Source of the DNA: Chara braunii
Taxonomy: Eukaryota > Plantae > Charophyceae
Reading direction: 5' to 3'
NCBI GenBank assembly: GCA_003427395.1
Contig: BFEA01000014.1
Span: 2,394,517-2,440,458 of the forward strand
Length of the DNA stretch: 45,942 nucleotides
Shown here: positions 9,285-21,937 of the stretch, in pieces
Numbering within the stretch: the first letter of the stretch is position 1
How the letters are laid out: the number at the start of each line of letters is the position of its first letter
Translations under genes and position numbers: made by a program
Notes under the pieces: model-generated
The model's database searches: none
What the model was told of the DNA's origin: nothing
What the model saw: the letters and a program-made list of their open reading frames with translations, nothing else

Positions 9285-12200
9285 TCAATCTTGATTCAGT
9301 CTTACTTCCAAGGACAGTGAGTGGGGCGGGAATGGGTCCGGGAAGTCCTCTGCTGGCCTCAGGGGGACACTGCAGTCTATGGTCATCCAGTCTTTGAACT
9401 GTAAGCGATAGTCTCGTGGCACCGTTCTCTTTCCTTGTCCTCCCTCCCTTCCCTCGTCTTCGTTCCCTTCCCCTGACCATCGTACCGCTGCTATCCACCC
9501 CTCTCGATCCCCTCCCAGCCATTCTGTGGAGAATTGTGTTATTCTGTCCTTGATGTCTTTTGCTCTGTTGAGGGTGTCCAGGGTGCATTTGGCGGTCTTC
9601 CATCTATGTTCCAGTTCCATTTGTATGTGTTGCTTGAACTGTTCTACCCTCTCCTCCCCCTCGACTCGGACGTGGTCAAACACCAAAGCGCACCGTTGCC
9701 ACCATAGGACCCATAGGACCGTCCTTCTGCCCAAGTGGAACATGTTCCAGGCAAAAGTGTCTCCTTGGAGAGGCGGGTAGTGGCCTAAGGGAATGGCACG
9801 CCAATCCCACGGCCACTGATGTCCAGGAACAATTTGCTGCCACACTCGATCCCACCATCTCCAGGTTAGAACTGCTATCGGGCATTGTAAAAAGATATGT
9901 TCTATTGTTTCCGTCCTCAATCTCGTTGGGAAGCCCGAGCAACAGCGTGAACACCAAGGGAGGGCCCGGCCCTGCTGTTCCAAACTCGAATGATCTATCA
10001 ACCAGTCATTTGTTGGCAGGCAGCGGTGCAGTATTTGCCACTGTAGGGACGTAATCTTTGTCGGTCTACTCTTAGTGTCACTGAACCACCAAATTGGTGT
10101 AAGGAGCTGGCGATCCACGTTGAGATGCCGCTGCCATCTGTCTATCACGACTGCTTTCAGGCACCGTTTGGTTCTGATCTTTCTGTAGGTTGTTTTCACA
10201 GAAAGGTCAGCAAATGCTGTGGAGGAGGATTGCCCCGATTGGTGTCGCCCTTCGTGGGTCCAGATCCACTCCAGTGGGTCTATGGGTAGGTCTTGTATGG
10301 CCATCTCTGGCATGAACGCCCTTTGGTTCTCCCCATCCCCAATGATCCTAATTCGGTATAGGGTCACCTTTGATACCCATAGGAGGGGGTTCCGACTTCC
10401 AACTAATGGTCCACCTGTTTTCACCTGATACCACTCTATCAGTGCATCGTCCGATCGGACCTAGTGGACCAAACCCACTTGATCTGTCACCCCATCCTTG
10501 GACACCCAGTCCCCTTCCTGTAACTGTGGCCCCTTGCGCAGGATGAGCCACCACCCCACCGGGAGGGCTTCCGTGATCTCTTCTACTGCTGATTCTATGT
10601 TATGACAATATCTCAGGCTCTCTTTCATCGCCATCGGGCTCTTCCAGTCGTTCTCCTCGGCGTCCCAAAGGTCTCTCACGCGTGTTACACCATTCTTCAC
10701 CCATCCTTTCCATGGGGATTCAGAACTGCAATAGATCTGACTCAGACCATTGGTGATCCAGCAGTTGCCAAAGAGGGGTTGTCTTGCCACCTCCTCCCAC
10801 CTGGTTGGGGGTGGGCGGGACGGGGGGGGAAGTCTCCTCCATGTTTTTAGCAGACGGGGCTAAAAGTCGTCCCCCCGCCTCTCCCCCCCCCGGGGGCGTC
10901 GAGGTACTCTCCAATATCGATCATCCAACCACTGGAGCGGATGGACCGTTGGGGGGGCCTCCGGGGCTAAGCGGGCAATCTGTTGAAGGGCGAGAGGTCT
11001 CCACACCAGCGGGTTTGCGAAAATCAACCTCACGATCCATTGAAGGCTGAGGGTCTGTGTTTGGGTAAGGGGGTCTAATATTCCGAGCCCCCCTTTTGTC
11101 TTGGGTTGGGTAACCGAGTCCCACGCGACCCGGCTGATGGCGTGGGGATTTTCGCTATCACCTCGCCATAGGTAAGCTGCCGCTTTCTTCTTCAGGGATT
11201 TCAGAGCCCCATCACTCAATGGCCAGAGGACGGCCTTGTACCATAGAGATGTCAAGATCACATTATTAATTACCAGTGCCCGTCCGAAGAGTGACGTGTT
11301 CCTATGGTTCCATTGGGAGAGTTTAGCAAGGGTCGGGGCTGAGATCCATTCGTCATTCTCCGGAGTCCTTCCTTTTGCAGACATCTTGACCCCTAAAACC
11401 CGGATCGGGGTCTCCGGAGGGACCCATGTGACCTGTTGTCATTCTGGCGGGCGGCCTCCTTGATGATGGAGCCACCAACCGAGTGTTTTTTGTCCCCAGT
11501 TTACATCCATGTCAGACAGGGTGCAGAATCGGTCCATTAGCCGTTGTATTTCCTCTATGTTATTTTGTGTAGCATCGACCATGATTGTCAAGTCGTCTGC
11601 AAACAGGGAGCACACCGGGATTGCCTCCTCTGGGATGCTTGCTATGCGAATTCTCGCCAAATCTTTGATGTGCCGAAGGTTGGCTGCTAGTGCTTCCATT
11701 ATGATGATAAAGAGGAAGGGGGCGATGGGTCACCCTGTCTCACCGAGCGTTGCAATTTTATTTATGGAGCCAGGGACCCATTGATTTGCACCCTTGTGGT
11801 TGCGTTCTGATGTAAGATGTTTATCCACCATCGAAAGTTTGTTCCAAAGTTCAGTCTTTCTAGACATCTATCTAAGAAAAGTCAGTCTACATGATCATAT
11901 GCTTTCTCGAAGTCAATGAAGATGAAGGCTGCATTGCTCTTGGATTGCTGCGCCAGGCTGATCATTTCATTGACCAGCAGTATGTTTTCCTGAATATTTC
12001 TGTGGCGGATGAATCCCGTCTGGGCCGGATGGATAAAATCCTCAATTACTTCGATTATTCTGTTTGCCAATGTTTTGGACAGCATCTTGTATACTACCGT
12101 CAACAGGGTGATAGGCTGGTAGTCGCGCATATTCATCTTGTCCCCTTTTTTGTGGAGCAGAGAGAACACCCCTTGCCCTGCCAGTTCCCCCAAATCCCCT

Positions 12201-13822
12201 GACTCCCAGACTGCTGCATAGAAGCGCATCAAGTCACTACTGAGGAGGGGCCACATGGTTTCCCAAAACTCTTTCGGGAACCCATCCAGACCAGGGTTTT
12301 TCTCTTCGTCCATTTGCATAAGCGCTGTCCAAATTTCGTCTTTAGTGATGTGCCGGTCCAACCTGTCCTTTTGTGACGGAGAGAGGAGGTTTTCCATTGG
12401 GCTCAGAAATTCATCCATCGCAGCAAGACGGTCGGCCTCGAGACGGGGAGGGACGTGAGAGGAGAAAAGGTCCTTATAGAAGGATTTGGCAATCCTTATG
12501 CAATGGGCTGTGGTTGTGGCCAGTTCGTCAGTCCTGGGGTCTAGAAAGGCTTCAATGGTGGTGCGGTGTGCTCTTAGTGACGCCATACTGAAAAATTGTG
12601 AGTCCATGGTGCCTTCGGTAGTCCATTGTTTTAATTTACCTCGTATTCTGATTCCTTGCCATCTGTGTAATGCGAGCTGTAGAAGTTGGTCCTTCAATCC
12701 TTGAATCGTCAGAGTGTGGTCGCTCGAGTTGTCCTGGTTTACCAGGTTATGAAGTTGTCGATGAATGTCCAGTTCATGTGCATTTTGTCTGCTCGCTACA
12801 AGTTTTGAATATTCCTTACATTTTTTGGCTAGGAAAAACAGTCCGTTGGTAAACCATCTCACCTCAGAATCGAAGGTCTGTCTTTGGTCTCGCCAATATC
12901 CCCATACATCGCGGATATATGCCAGAAAGGATTCGTCCTTGAACAAGGACGTGTTAAGTTTATAATACCCAGACCCCTGGTCTGGTCGTTTTCGAAAGGA
13001 GAATATGGCTCCGCAGGCACAGTGGTCCAGATCGGGGTAGGGGCTCAGTGGTAAGATCGCGGTACGTTGCAGGGCATTTTGTATCTCCTCTGATATTAGG
13101 ATCAAGTCAATACGTGATTTTGAATGTCTTACCGGCTCATTCGTGCGAAAACATGTGTAGGACCTCTCCGTTGGGTGCAGATACCGATGTGCATCTACCA
13201 GCCCCAGTGTGCCACAGAGGTCTGTTATTAGTTTTTCGTCCTCCTCTACATAGTTCGAGCAGGGGGATTGGGTGTTCCATCGATCCATCCATCTATCTGG
13301 GGCCGCATTGAAGTCGCCTGCGATAATAAGCGGGATGCCTTGAGGTGCCAGGGTTTTGAGGTGCGTGTAAAAGAGGTCCTTGTCGACCGTGGTGTTAGGG
13401 GCGTAGATGCATAGAATGCATATTAGCTCCAGTTCCAGCATTCCAAGGACCGACACCCACCTTCCTTGTTCCTCGTCCACCACCCAGTTAACCACCTCGA
13501 GACGGGATTCGGGTGGTACCCAGATCGCCACCCCCGATGAGCCAGGAGTTACTGCATGCGCCCTGAAGGCCTGGTGTGGCCAAACTATCTTATGGGCCCG
13601 GTGGTGCTTCGGCTTGTCCATTAGGTGCGTTTCCTGGATACAGATGACGTCCGGCCATGTCCTACCCCCCACCCCTTTCAGTTGATCCCAAATTGCTTGC
13701 TTTTTAGAAGGGTTAAAGGAGGCCAGCCCGTTCACATTTAGGGTTCTCAGATCGAGATCCGCGCTTCGGAGGCAGCTCTTCCACTGGGGGTTCCTGCCAT
13801 ACAGGATGTCAATGTCGTCCAT
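9285..13822 (-). pseudogene. LINE-3 ORF2 (APE endonuclease, reverse transcriptase, zinc knuckle), frameshifted
   Basis: TLNVNGL, ICIQETH, IYAPN, AGDFNA, SRIDLIL, DH, PGLDG, YQPITLL..YKMLSK, QTGFI, IDFEKAYDHVD, LFADD (11439-11699), GGLGILDP (10860-11384), CSRC..EHIFLQC (9285-10424). Confidence 0.95.
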
Positions 13823-13848
13823 TGTTTCCTTTCAATTCTTTTCCTGGA

Positions 13849-16800
13849 TCAGACTCTTAACCATGGGCGCTCGGACCAGTTAACTATGCACAACAACCCA
13901 TTCATGAGGATCCTTGCCAAGCAAGTGTGGAGATCCTCCTCAGCCCAGAAGGAATTGGCCTTTACCTGTTGAAGAGGAAGCTCCATCAGGGCACCGTGGT
14001 TGAACCATTTCAGGTTTGAATCCTTATCCTCCTCGAAGAGGACATACAGGTCCGTGGTGGCCACCCTCATCAACCCCTCAAACTGCGGAAGGATTGCTTG
14101 GATACCGACAGGGTAGTGGCGGCTCAAGAAAGGTTCCGCCTTTTTTCCTAAAGTCGCCATCCCTCAGGCCGGGGAGGGACCAAATGTTATAGAAGTTCCA
14201 TCCCCGTATAGTAAACCCCCCTTGTACCGGGGAGAGACCCACCTCCATTTTGTCCCCCTCCTGCCTTAGTGGGATAACCACCACCCCGTCCTTCCGCTGT
14301 AGGGGCTTTTCATATTGCCCTCCGGCCACCAGATGTCTGAGCTTTTTGTGTCTTGGCGGACCAGGGTTGTGGCTGACCGGGTTCATTGTACGGCCACCCT
14401 CTGGTGGATCTGAAGAGGGCCGGTGTGGATCAGGGGGGCGGAATTGCAAAGCCGAGAGGTGTCGAATCCGCTGGAAAATCTCTGGCCAGGATATGTGTGG
14501 AGGAGGGCCCTCTTGAAGGGCTCTTCGGAGGGTGGGGCTATTGTCCAACATAGAAAAAAGTTGGACATATGTGCAGTCCCAGAATTCTGGGGAGGCCTCC
14601 GGGTGTTGGGCTTGAAAGCCTGCTAGCAGCCACTCCGCAATTTTTGTTAATTTTTGCTCAATGTCCATGTCTGCCGGGGGTGCTCCCGTGTCACCCTGTT
14701 GGTCCACATCCATCATCACAACCTCCGGGGGAGGGGGGAGGGTGGAGGGGTCCTCAATTTCCATTGGGTGGGGGCCAAAGGCTCCCTCGAGATGGTCCAC
14801 CCTATTGGGGTCCCCCTCAGAGTCGGCGTCCGGTTGCTTCTCCTGGATTTTTCATGTTCCTCGATTGCCTCGAGTTCCCTCATCCCCTGCTAACATGCTT
14901 GCCCCTTCCGAACCCCCAGATGGGGGGAGCTGCTCATGCGGGCACTTTGCGAATTGCTGCTCCCTGGCTAAGTCCCCTGTTGCGGTGAGCTGCTCTAGCC
15001 AGCTTTTGTTGTTTTGCAGCTCCCTGGCTGGTTCTGTTGGGGTCCGAAAGTGTGCTGCAGAGATCTAGAACAGACGTTGCAGTGCATCCCCCCATCGAAT
15101 GTGTTCAGGGGGGCCATGTTTCAGAATTGTTTGGACTTGCAAACTACTCCCTAAGGCTTCCTTCAGCTGCATGTGTGCCTGTGTCCAGAAGTCTGCCGAA
15201 ACCTCTGAATGCAGGGACCGCAAGCCTGTCATGATCCAATCTGAGATTTGTGTAATGGAGACATTCGGGTCCTGTACCTGTTCCAGGCTCACCGGGTTAA
15301 TGCGTCCTTGCATCAGTGTTGTCAATGCCCCTTCGTAAGGATCCTTCGGTGCCTTATCTGGGGGTGGATCGTTCCCCACGATCTCTTGAAGTCCCATACC
15401 CTTTTCCTCCTGCCGAAGAATCAGCTGCCCTTCCTGGACCCGGTCACCCGCAGCCTCCTGCTCGCCCCCCCTCAGACCCCCGTCTTCTATGTCAAGCAAG
15501 GAAAATCTGTTGCTTTGTTCCTTTTGTTCCTTTTATTCCTTTTGTTCGCTCGTCCTGTGCCCTGTCCGGTTCCCCCCGCTGTCCTGGTTCCTTTTCTGCG
15601 GTAGCTTGGAAGGAGTTGGGTTTTCCGGGTGCTTGACGTAGTCTGCCGGGTCCGGGCCCAACTTTCCTGCCTCGAGCTTTCCCCTTTCCTTCCTTTCGTC
15701 AGGAGGGGGACCGTCTGACTTACGTAAGTGAATTTCCACTGTTTTCGGGGGTATCCATGTGGCCGGGGGTTTTGTCTGCAGGGCGGGCTCCCCCGCCTTG
15801 TCCCACACCCAGCCAATAATATTCCCTTTTTCATCCGTCTTATCCGCGTAGACCCATCCCTCGTGCCCCGGGTCCACGGTACGCCAGTGGGTGCTCCGGA
15901 AGGGATCTTGAATCAGACGGCCCGTGGCTCTAACTTGGTTGACAGGGTGGTGACGGCAGGTAGGGTCTGTGTACAAATGGCCGTAGGCCTGGCATTTAAA
16001 ACACCATGGTCGAAGCTTGTGTGCAGTGTGAATTTTGACATCCTTCTCTCCCACCCTGAAGGAGATTATGTCGTCAATGGAGAAGGGCTGGCTTTCCGGG
16101 AGGTCGATCGCCAGCATAAGATAGTCGTCTCGTTTGGCAACGTGCGGGGGGAGGGGGTCTATGAAGTCGATAACGTCATATTTTGCTCCAAAGTCCTGCA
16201 CGAAAGAAACCTGTATTTCGATTGGAATGTGGCGAAATTCCACCCAAAAGTGGTCCGCCATCATTCTGTCCCTCCTCACCTCCGGCCGTTGCTGCTTTGG
16301 TGGCGCCCATGGGTAGATTCTCACCTCAGATCTCTCGCATCTTATTGATCGCCAGTTGTCCATTGCCCGTTTATCGGTGTCGTGTCTGCATATGACGGTC
16401 ACTGTTGACGCTGACACGGGTTGGAGCAGAAAGAGGTCGTGGGCTTCTTCCAGACTGCCTTTAAGGGAGGCTAACCGCTTCCTGATCCAACCGATTTTGT
16501 TGTTCGTTGATTTAAAAGCGGCCATGAAACACCCAGTTGTTTGCGTGTTTCAGATACAGATCATTCCTTTCAGTTACTTTAGCGGCGGGCAGCGATTTGA
16601 TTAGAGATGATTTGCCCCCGTGATTGACCACTTTTGGTTCGGAGGGGGTCAGAAGGTGGGATAGGAAGAATGCCGCAACAGATGACAGGTTATCCATGGG
16701 AATCTTCCATACCCGCTCCTCGCCCTCTTTTTCTTGTCTGTGGATTGAGAACGACTGGCCCGCGTGCGGGCACCGAAGGCGGGCGGCCCAAGAGGGGGCA

Positions 16801-17069
16801 GGGAGGGTCGGGGATTCTAGTGGGGGGCCTGGGGGCTGTATGGTGCTCTGATCCTTATTCTGCTGGGACGCCCCAGGAGGCAGTGTATTACTATTCCTTC
16901 CATTCTGCTGGTTAGCCTGTGCATCACGCCGATTCCCCTGGTTGTTTGCGGCCAATCGTCTTTCTGCATGTTGTCTTATGGCCCCTCGGTACAGAAGAGT
17001 GGAGTCCAACTTCTTCTGCACCCTTTGGTACCGGCTCCCGGTGCGCCGTGCCCCCATCATTCCTCCCAA
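13849..17069 (-). pseudogene. LINE-3 ORF1 (Gag-like zinc-knuckle protein), fragmented
   Basis: Same-strand ORF pieces directly upstream of ORF2. WVEFRHIP and CFKCQAYGH..C in 15533-16525 are typical of plant L1/Tx1 ORF1. Confidence 0.75.
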
Positions 17070-17949
17070 TATGCCTTAAGTTGTGTGTCTCCCTTCCCGG
17101 ACCGATCTGTATATCAGACTGCCCGCTCAAATCTGTTTGTCAGAATGCCCAGAGCTGTGTGTCAGAGTGCCCTTGTCATGCAAGCCTCGTCTGAGCGGGT
17201 GGTCCCCCTGTCCTGGTTTGCAATCTTAGCTGTCTGTCGACCTCCGAACTTTTCTTTCAGCGAGCAATGTGCCCCCCTGTCCTGATCTTCATTCGGCTGT
17301 CGAGCCCCCCCCTTATTTTGCTGTCGAGCACCTTCTCACTTCCGACCCTGACTGTCGAGCACCTTCTCCTCTTCTTCTAAACCAAGTGATATGCCCCCCG
17401 GTCCTAGTTTCTCCCTTTTGTGTCCCGTTCTCCTTGTTCGTACTATGCCCAAAAACCTGTTCCACGTGGAACCAAATGATATGCCCCCCCTTCCGAGATT
17501 CTCCCTCTTGTCTCCCGTTCCCCTTGTTCGTTCCAGTCCAAAACCTGCTCCACGTGAAAAAAAAAAAAAAAAAAAAAAAACCCTGAGATGCTATTGCAGT
17601 GGTTGATTGATGCCACGTGGCGTTCTGATACTTTTGCTGTGTTTGATTATGCGTGGGATGACGCTAGCGTCCTGTTTTGTACTTCCGGGTGTGATGAAGG
17701 ACACTTACTCCCTTTGTAATCTCTGGCTGAGGACACTTCCCCTCCTCCACCGGGGGGAAAAATCCCTCCCGGGGCCCCAAGAGGAGTAGTGAGGCGTCCG
17801 TCGTCGCTTTGCCCTTCCTCTGTGGCTATGGGCACCTGGCTCCCTTCCCTCGCTCGCTGTTGCTTTACTTCAGTCACGTCTCGCCTGCCGTCGTGTTTCG
17901 CTTCCCCTTCGTCCCTCGCTCGAGTGCTCTTCCCTCCAAGATCCTGGCG

Positions 17950-18982
17950 GCTTCCCTTCTTGCGCCAGGCTCCTGTCCGCTCGGAGATTTAACCCCGTTA
18001 CCTTCCCCGGTTACTTTCCCCACCATGCCTGTCTCCTCTTGCCACCTCGTTCTCCATGCTCCCCTCCCTCCGTCGTGTCTCCCCGGGCGGCTATGGCAGT
18101 TTGACCGGGTAACCCTACGTTCCCCTTCCCTCGTGGCAGAAGCACCGTCCGCGCTCGCAGCGGTGCGAACCCGTCGCAGTGTCGGTGCGAGGCGGTCGTC
18201 CAATCCGCGTTGTCAGACGAAAACAGTGTGGCTGCTTCTCTTCTTGCGCCCGGGCTCCTGTCCGCTCGGAGTTTTAGCCCCGTTACTTTCCCCACCGTGA
18301 TTTGTCTCCACTCTGTCTTGCCCTCCTCTCGCCGGACTCTCCTTGGTCTTACCTCTTGTTCCCTTTCCCTGCGCCGCCGTGCTTCACTTCCTCTTCGTTC
18401 CTTGGTGTTCCTCACTCGTTTTGTTCATCCCTCCGTCGGTTTGGCATCTTCTCGTGTATACTACTGTGCTCCACTGCTCCCCGGAGAGACAGTCCGTCCT
18501 CGTGACCTCCCGCCGAATCCTCCTTGGTCAGTCGCCGCCTTATTTTCCGGCAGCCTTTCATCATCTAACTTTATGTGATCTGTCAAACCATCTAGTTGTG
18601 CTATCGCTCCTCCTCCTTGTCGTCCGTTCGTGTTCGTAGTCTGGTCCCTCCCGGCGCCGGAGGATGACTCCATGCACGCTACTTTCTGATAGCCGCACGT
18701 GTGATTCCCTCTTATCCCGACCACCCACCTCCAGTCTACTTGCGAGGGTCAACCCATCGCGCTGCGGCCATGCGCCCAGCGATGTCCTCGCCTTCATCTG
18801 GTACTTTCCCTGCCTGTCTCCTCTCGCCTCCTCGTTCTCGATGTTCCCCTCCCTCCGTCGTGTCTCCCCGGGCGGCTATGGCCGTTTGACCGGGTAACCC
18901 GACGTTTCCCCTTCCCTCGTGGCAGAAGCGCAATCCGCGCTCGTAGCGCTGCGAACCCGTCGCAGTGTCGGCGCGAGGCGGC
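17950..18982. repeat. GC-rich region with internal direct repeats
   Basis: ~18045-18195 is repeated at ~18830-18982, and ~17955-18025 at ~18238-18297. Confidence 0.75.
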
Positions 18983-19612
18983 TAGCCGAATTCGGGTGAC
19001 ATCAATGACCAGGTCGAGACTGTGGTGCCCATCCCACCTCCATTGTACAACTACAATATTAACTGCTCATTTGCTTATTAAACCCTTCTACGACTCAACC
19101 TTCCACGTCCTTTAGTCTCGTGTTTAAATCTTCACCGTCCTACCCTACGAACCTCAGAAGGGACTAAAGATCAGGTCTGCTTATCAACATTTCATTTATT
19201 TTTATTTGAGTTTTTTCTAAAACTAATCAATATTATTCTCTCAATCTTCTTTTGTATATATTGTCTCATCCTCTGGCTACACTATGTACAGTACGGGCCC
19301 TACGGGGGAACATCAACCAAACCTGGAACTGTCCCCGGCCCACGGGCCCACGGGGTATGTTGGCACCACAGCAGTGGTGTCAGTGCAAGGCTTGTATCGG
19401 CCCCTCGTCATGATGATGCAGGGTGATCAGGCATTGCTGACGGGGGAAAGCGGCAATGCTAGTGCCGAGCATCTTTGGCCAGTCGCTCGCACCTCCCTCT
19501 ACCCCCCTCCAACCCCACATTAGCGGTGTCTAATGGCCAATATCATTGCTGCATAGCAACCAACAATATTGGCCAAGGTCCTGCCAATGCTGGCATGGAG
19601 GGCCGACTGGTT

Positions 19613-19723
19613 ATCTCTACCTGGTAGAACACCAAGCTTGCCCAGGCACGTACGTGAGGCCACTGGGGATTGAACCCACGACCTCCTGAATGCAACTTCT
19701 GTGCCTTACCAACTGAGCTAACA
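19613..19723 (-). mobile_element. tRNA-derived SINE head
   Basis: A-box TAGCTCAGTTGG (19709-19720) and B-box GGTTCAATCCC (~19666-19676). The tRNA-unrelated tail CCTGGGCAAGCTTGGTG is shared with the 20680 copy. Confidence 0.75.
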
Positions 19724-20356
19724 GTTCTGAATCATGGCTCTTAGGGCATACCCACACTGGGCCTTGCTCCACTACACTCTCTTTTTGTGTTTTGTTTTGT
19801 TTTTTCTTTTCTTTTCTTTTTGGCCTTGCTCCATGCATGAAGATGAACCTGCGACAATGGACTCCTACTACTGCAGGGAATGGACCGCTCTGATTTCATA
19901 TAGCACAGACAGGGAACACAGCATTTAGGGCTCTCCTCTGGTACAGGGGCCGAGAGAGGGCCCCTAGATCAGGTGGGAAGGTGGATGGTGACAACAATGG
20001 ACAACCTGGGACAACGGACTACTACTACTGCAGGGAATGGACCGCTCTGATATAATATAGCACAGACAGGGAACAGAGCAATGGGGGGCTATGAGCGAGC
20101 AAGATTAGCATAAAAGTAGTTAGTCTGTTGTCGATAACAGCATTATGCTCCTCCGACAGCAGGAGACAGTGGCGATAGCTGTATGAGAATAGGGGGCTGC
20201 TGCGATAGGGCTGGGTTAATAGATAAGGGGCGCTCCTAAAAAGGGATGGGTGACACTAGCAGCGCCATGGGATAGAGGAGCCCCGAGTTGAGATTGAATG
20301 GGCCACAGCCCCGGGGAACAACAAACAGCATTCTTTGTATTGCACGATGTATCAAA

Positions 20357-20492
20357 GGGACGCTGGACCCGGTTTCCAGCAGGTGCTGCTCCCCACCAAT
20401 AGATGGAGCCCCCCGACGGTGCTAGATGTGTCTGCTCTTACCAGCACACCTAGCATCCGATTGGGTTGTTCCTAAAAAAAAAAAAAAAAAAA
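20357..20492 (+). mobile_element. Retroposon 3' end: double-pseudoknot motif, hairpin, poly(A)
   Basis: Motif at 20357-20409, hairpin GGTGCTAG..CTAGCATC, poly(A) at 20474-20492. Confidence 0.72.
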
Positions 20493-20679
20493 GATGATAA
20501 TATAGTCCTTCGGGACAGAGCGCAAGGATGACATGCATAAATCGAGAAGATGATAATATAAGCGTTGGGCACTGGGCCGGTGTTTTGAAAGGAAAAAAAA
20601 AAAACATGCACGAAGGTTCACTTTTTTTTTTTTTTTTTTTTTTTTTCAAAGAACATAAAAAACCACATTTGTGATCAGC

Positions 20680-20795
20680 GGCGGCCTAGCTCAGTTGGTA
20701 AGGCACGCAAGTGGCATTCAGGAGGTCTTGGGTTCAATCCCCATTGGCCTCACGCACCTTCCTGGGCAAGCTTGGTGCTCGCCACCTAGAGATAT
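20680..20795 (+). mobile_element. tRNA-derived SINE head
   Basis: A-box TAGCTCAGTTGG at 20687 and B-box GGTTCAATCCC at 20731. Homologous to 19613-19723. Confidence 0.78.
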
Positions 20796-21937
20796 GCCGT
20801 TGGGCCCCCCGAGTGGCATTGAGCAGAGACTGCTGATGTTCATAGGGGGAGGGGACTGGAGGGGAGGCACGGTGACTGGCCCATCGAAGAAGCTCGTTCC
20901 TGATGCAACCGGCTGACCCCTGGCCGGTATCACCCACCTGCTGTAGCAGGTATCGCACCTGCTGGTGGGTGCAGCTCCCGCATGTTCCCTCGTTGGAGGC
21001 TTGAGCACGGATGTGGCTGCTACGGGGTTCCCCGTAATTCTATAATGACAATAAAAAAGGCCTGAAAGGCCATCCTGTCCAGATTTGACAGGTAATTGAA
21101 TTGGTTGGGCTTAAAGAATTAGCCTTTTTTTTAAAAAACGAAAAAAAAAAAAAAAAAAAAACATTTGTCACGAGGCACGAAGATTCAGTCGTTTTGCTCA
21201 TTTCGACAGTAGTGGAGCGAGGCCCTGTCGTTTTGCACATGCACGAAGATTCACTGTCGTTTTGCACATTTGGACAGTGGACAGAAGTGGAGCGAGGCCC
21301 ACTATCTCAAATGTATCTGAATGCATTTGAGGGCAGACCAATATGTATCTGACCGCAATTTCCTCCAGAAAAATTCATTCAAAAGACCAAGTGTGAGCAT
21401 TGCCCATACAGTACCGTACAGCCACATGGGCTGGGTTTTCTTCATTCTTTGGAGGGGGGGGGGGGGCATTAAATTGCTATTTATTTTCAATGGGACCCAT
21501 CATTGCCCAGGGCAATAACATGACGTCCCACCTGACGTATGAGCAGGAACCAGCTGAGTCTTCAACCTGAAACAATAGGCAGAGATCCAGCCTCTACAGC
21601 TCATCAATCAACCGTGGGCATCAATGGGCCTCACTCCACTACTCACCACATGCACAAAGGACAAAAAATATGGCTGTGTATCCGCCCATGTTCTAGTGGA
21701 AGATTCATTCTCATTTTGCACATTTGACGAGTAGTGGAGCAAGGCCCAATACGTATCCCCCAACCCAATAGGAGGCAGGCACCTTTTGCACTGCAACCCT
21801 ATGGGGACTCTCTTTCCAGATAAGGGTGAGGCAGGTATCTCACAAACAGCTTACGATGCTGCTCGATTCAGATTGGCGAGGAGGTGCAGGTGCTACAAAC
21901 AGGGTGCATGCTTTCCAAATTAGGAAGCAGGCATCTC

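Larger units (their letters stand above)
8248..17557 (-). mobile_element. Near full-length L1/Tx1-like LINE (LINE-3), disrupted
   Basis: Repeat-containing 5' UTR (~17070-17557), fragmented ORF1, ORF2 with APE endonuclease, RT and CCHC, and a ~1-kb 3' UTR ending in the double-pseudoknot motif next to the gap. Confidence 0.92.
19759..21300. mobile_element. Candidate non-autonomous DNA transposon (GGGCC-ended TIR, 3-bp flanking repeat) carrying nested retroposons
   Basis: GGGCCTTGCTCCACT at 19759 is inverted relative to AGTGGAGCGAGGCCC ending at 21300, with ACT on both sides. Extra right-end copies end at ~21225, 21747, 23162 and 36929, so the pairing is ambiguous. Confidence 0.4.

Noticed and set aside
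20357-20409. The 3' motif as an HDV-like or hammerhead ribozyme
   Set aside because: There is no CUGAnGA/GAAA core, and the pseudoknots are tandem rather than nested as in HDV. Novel self-cleavage is not excluded experimentally.
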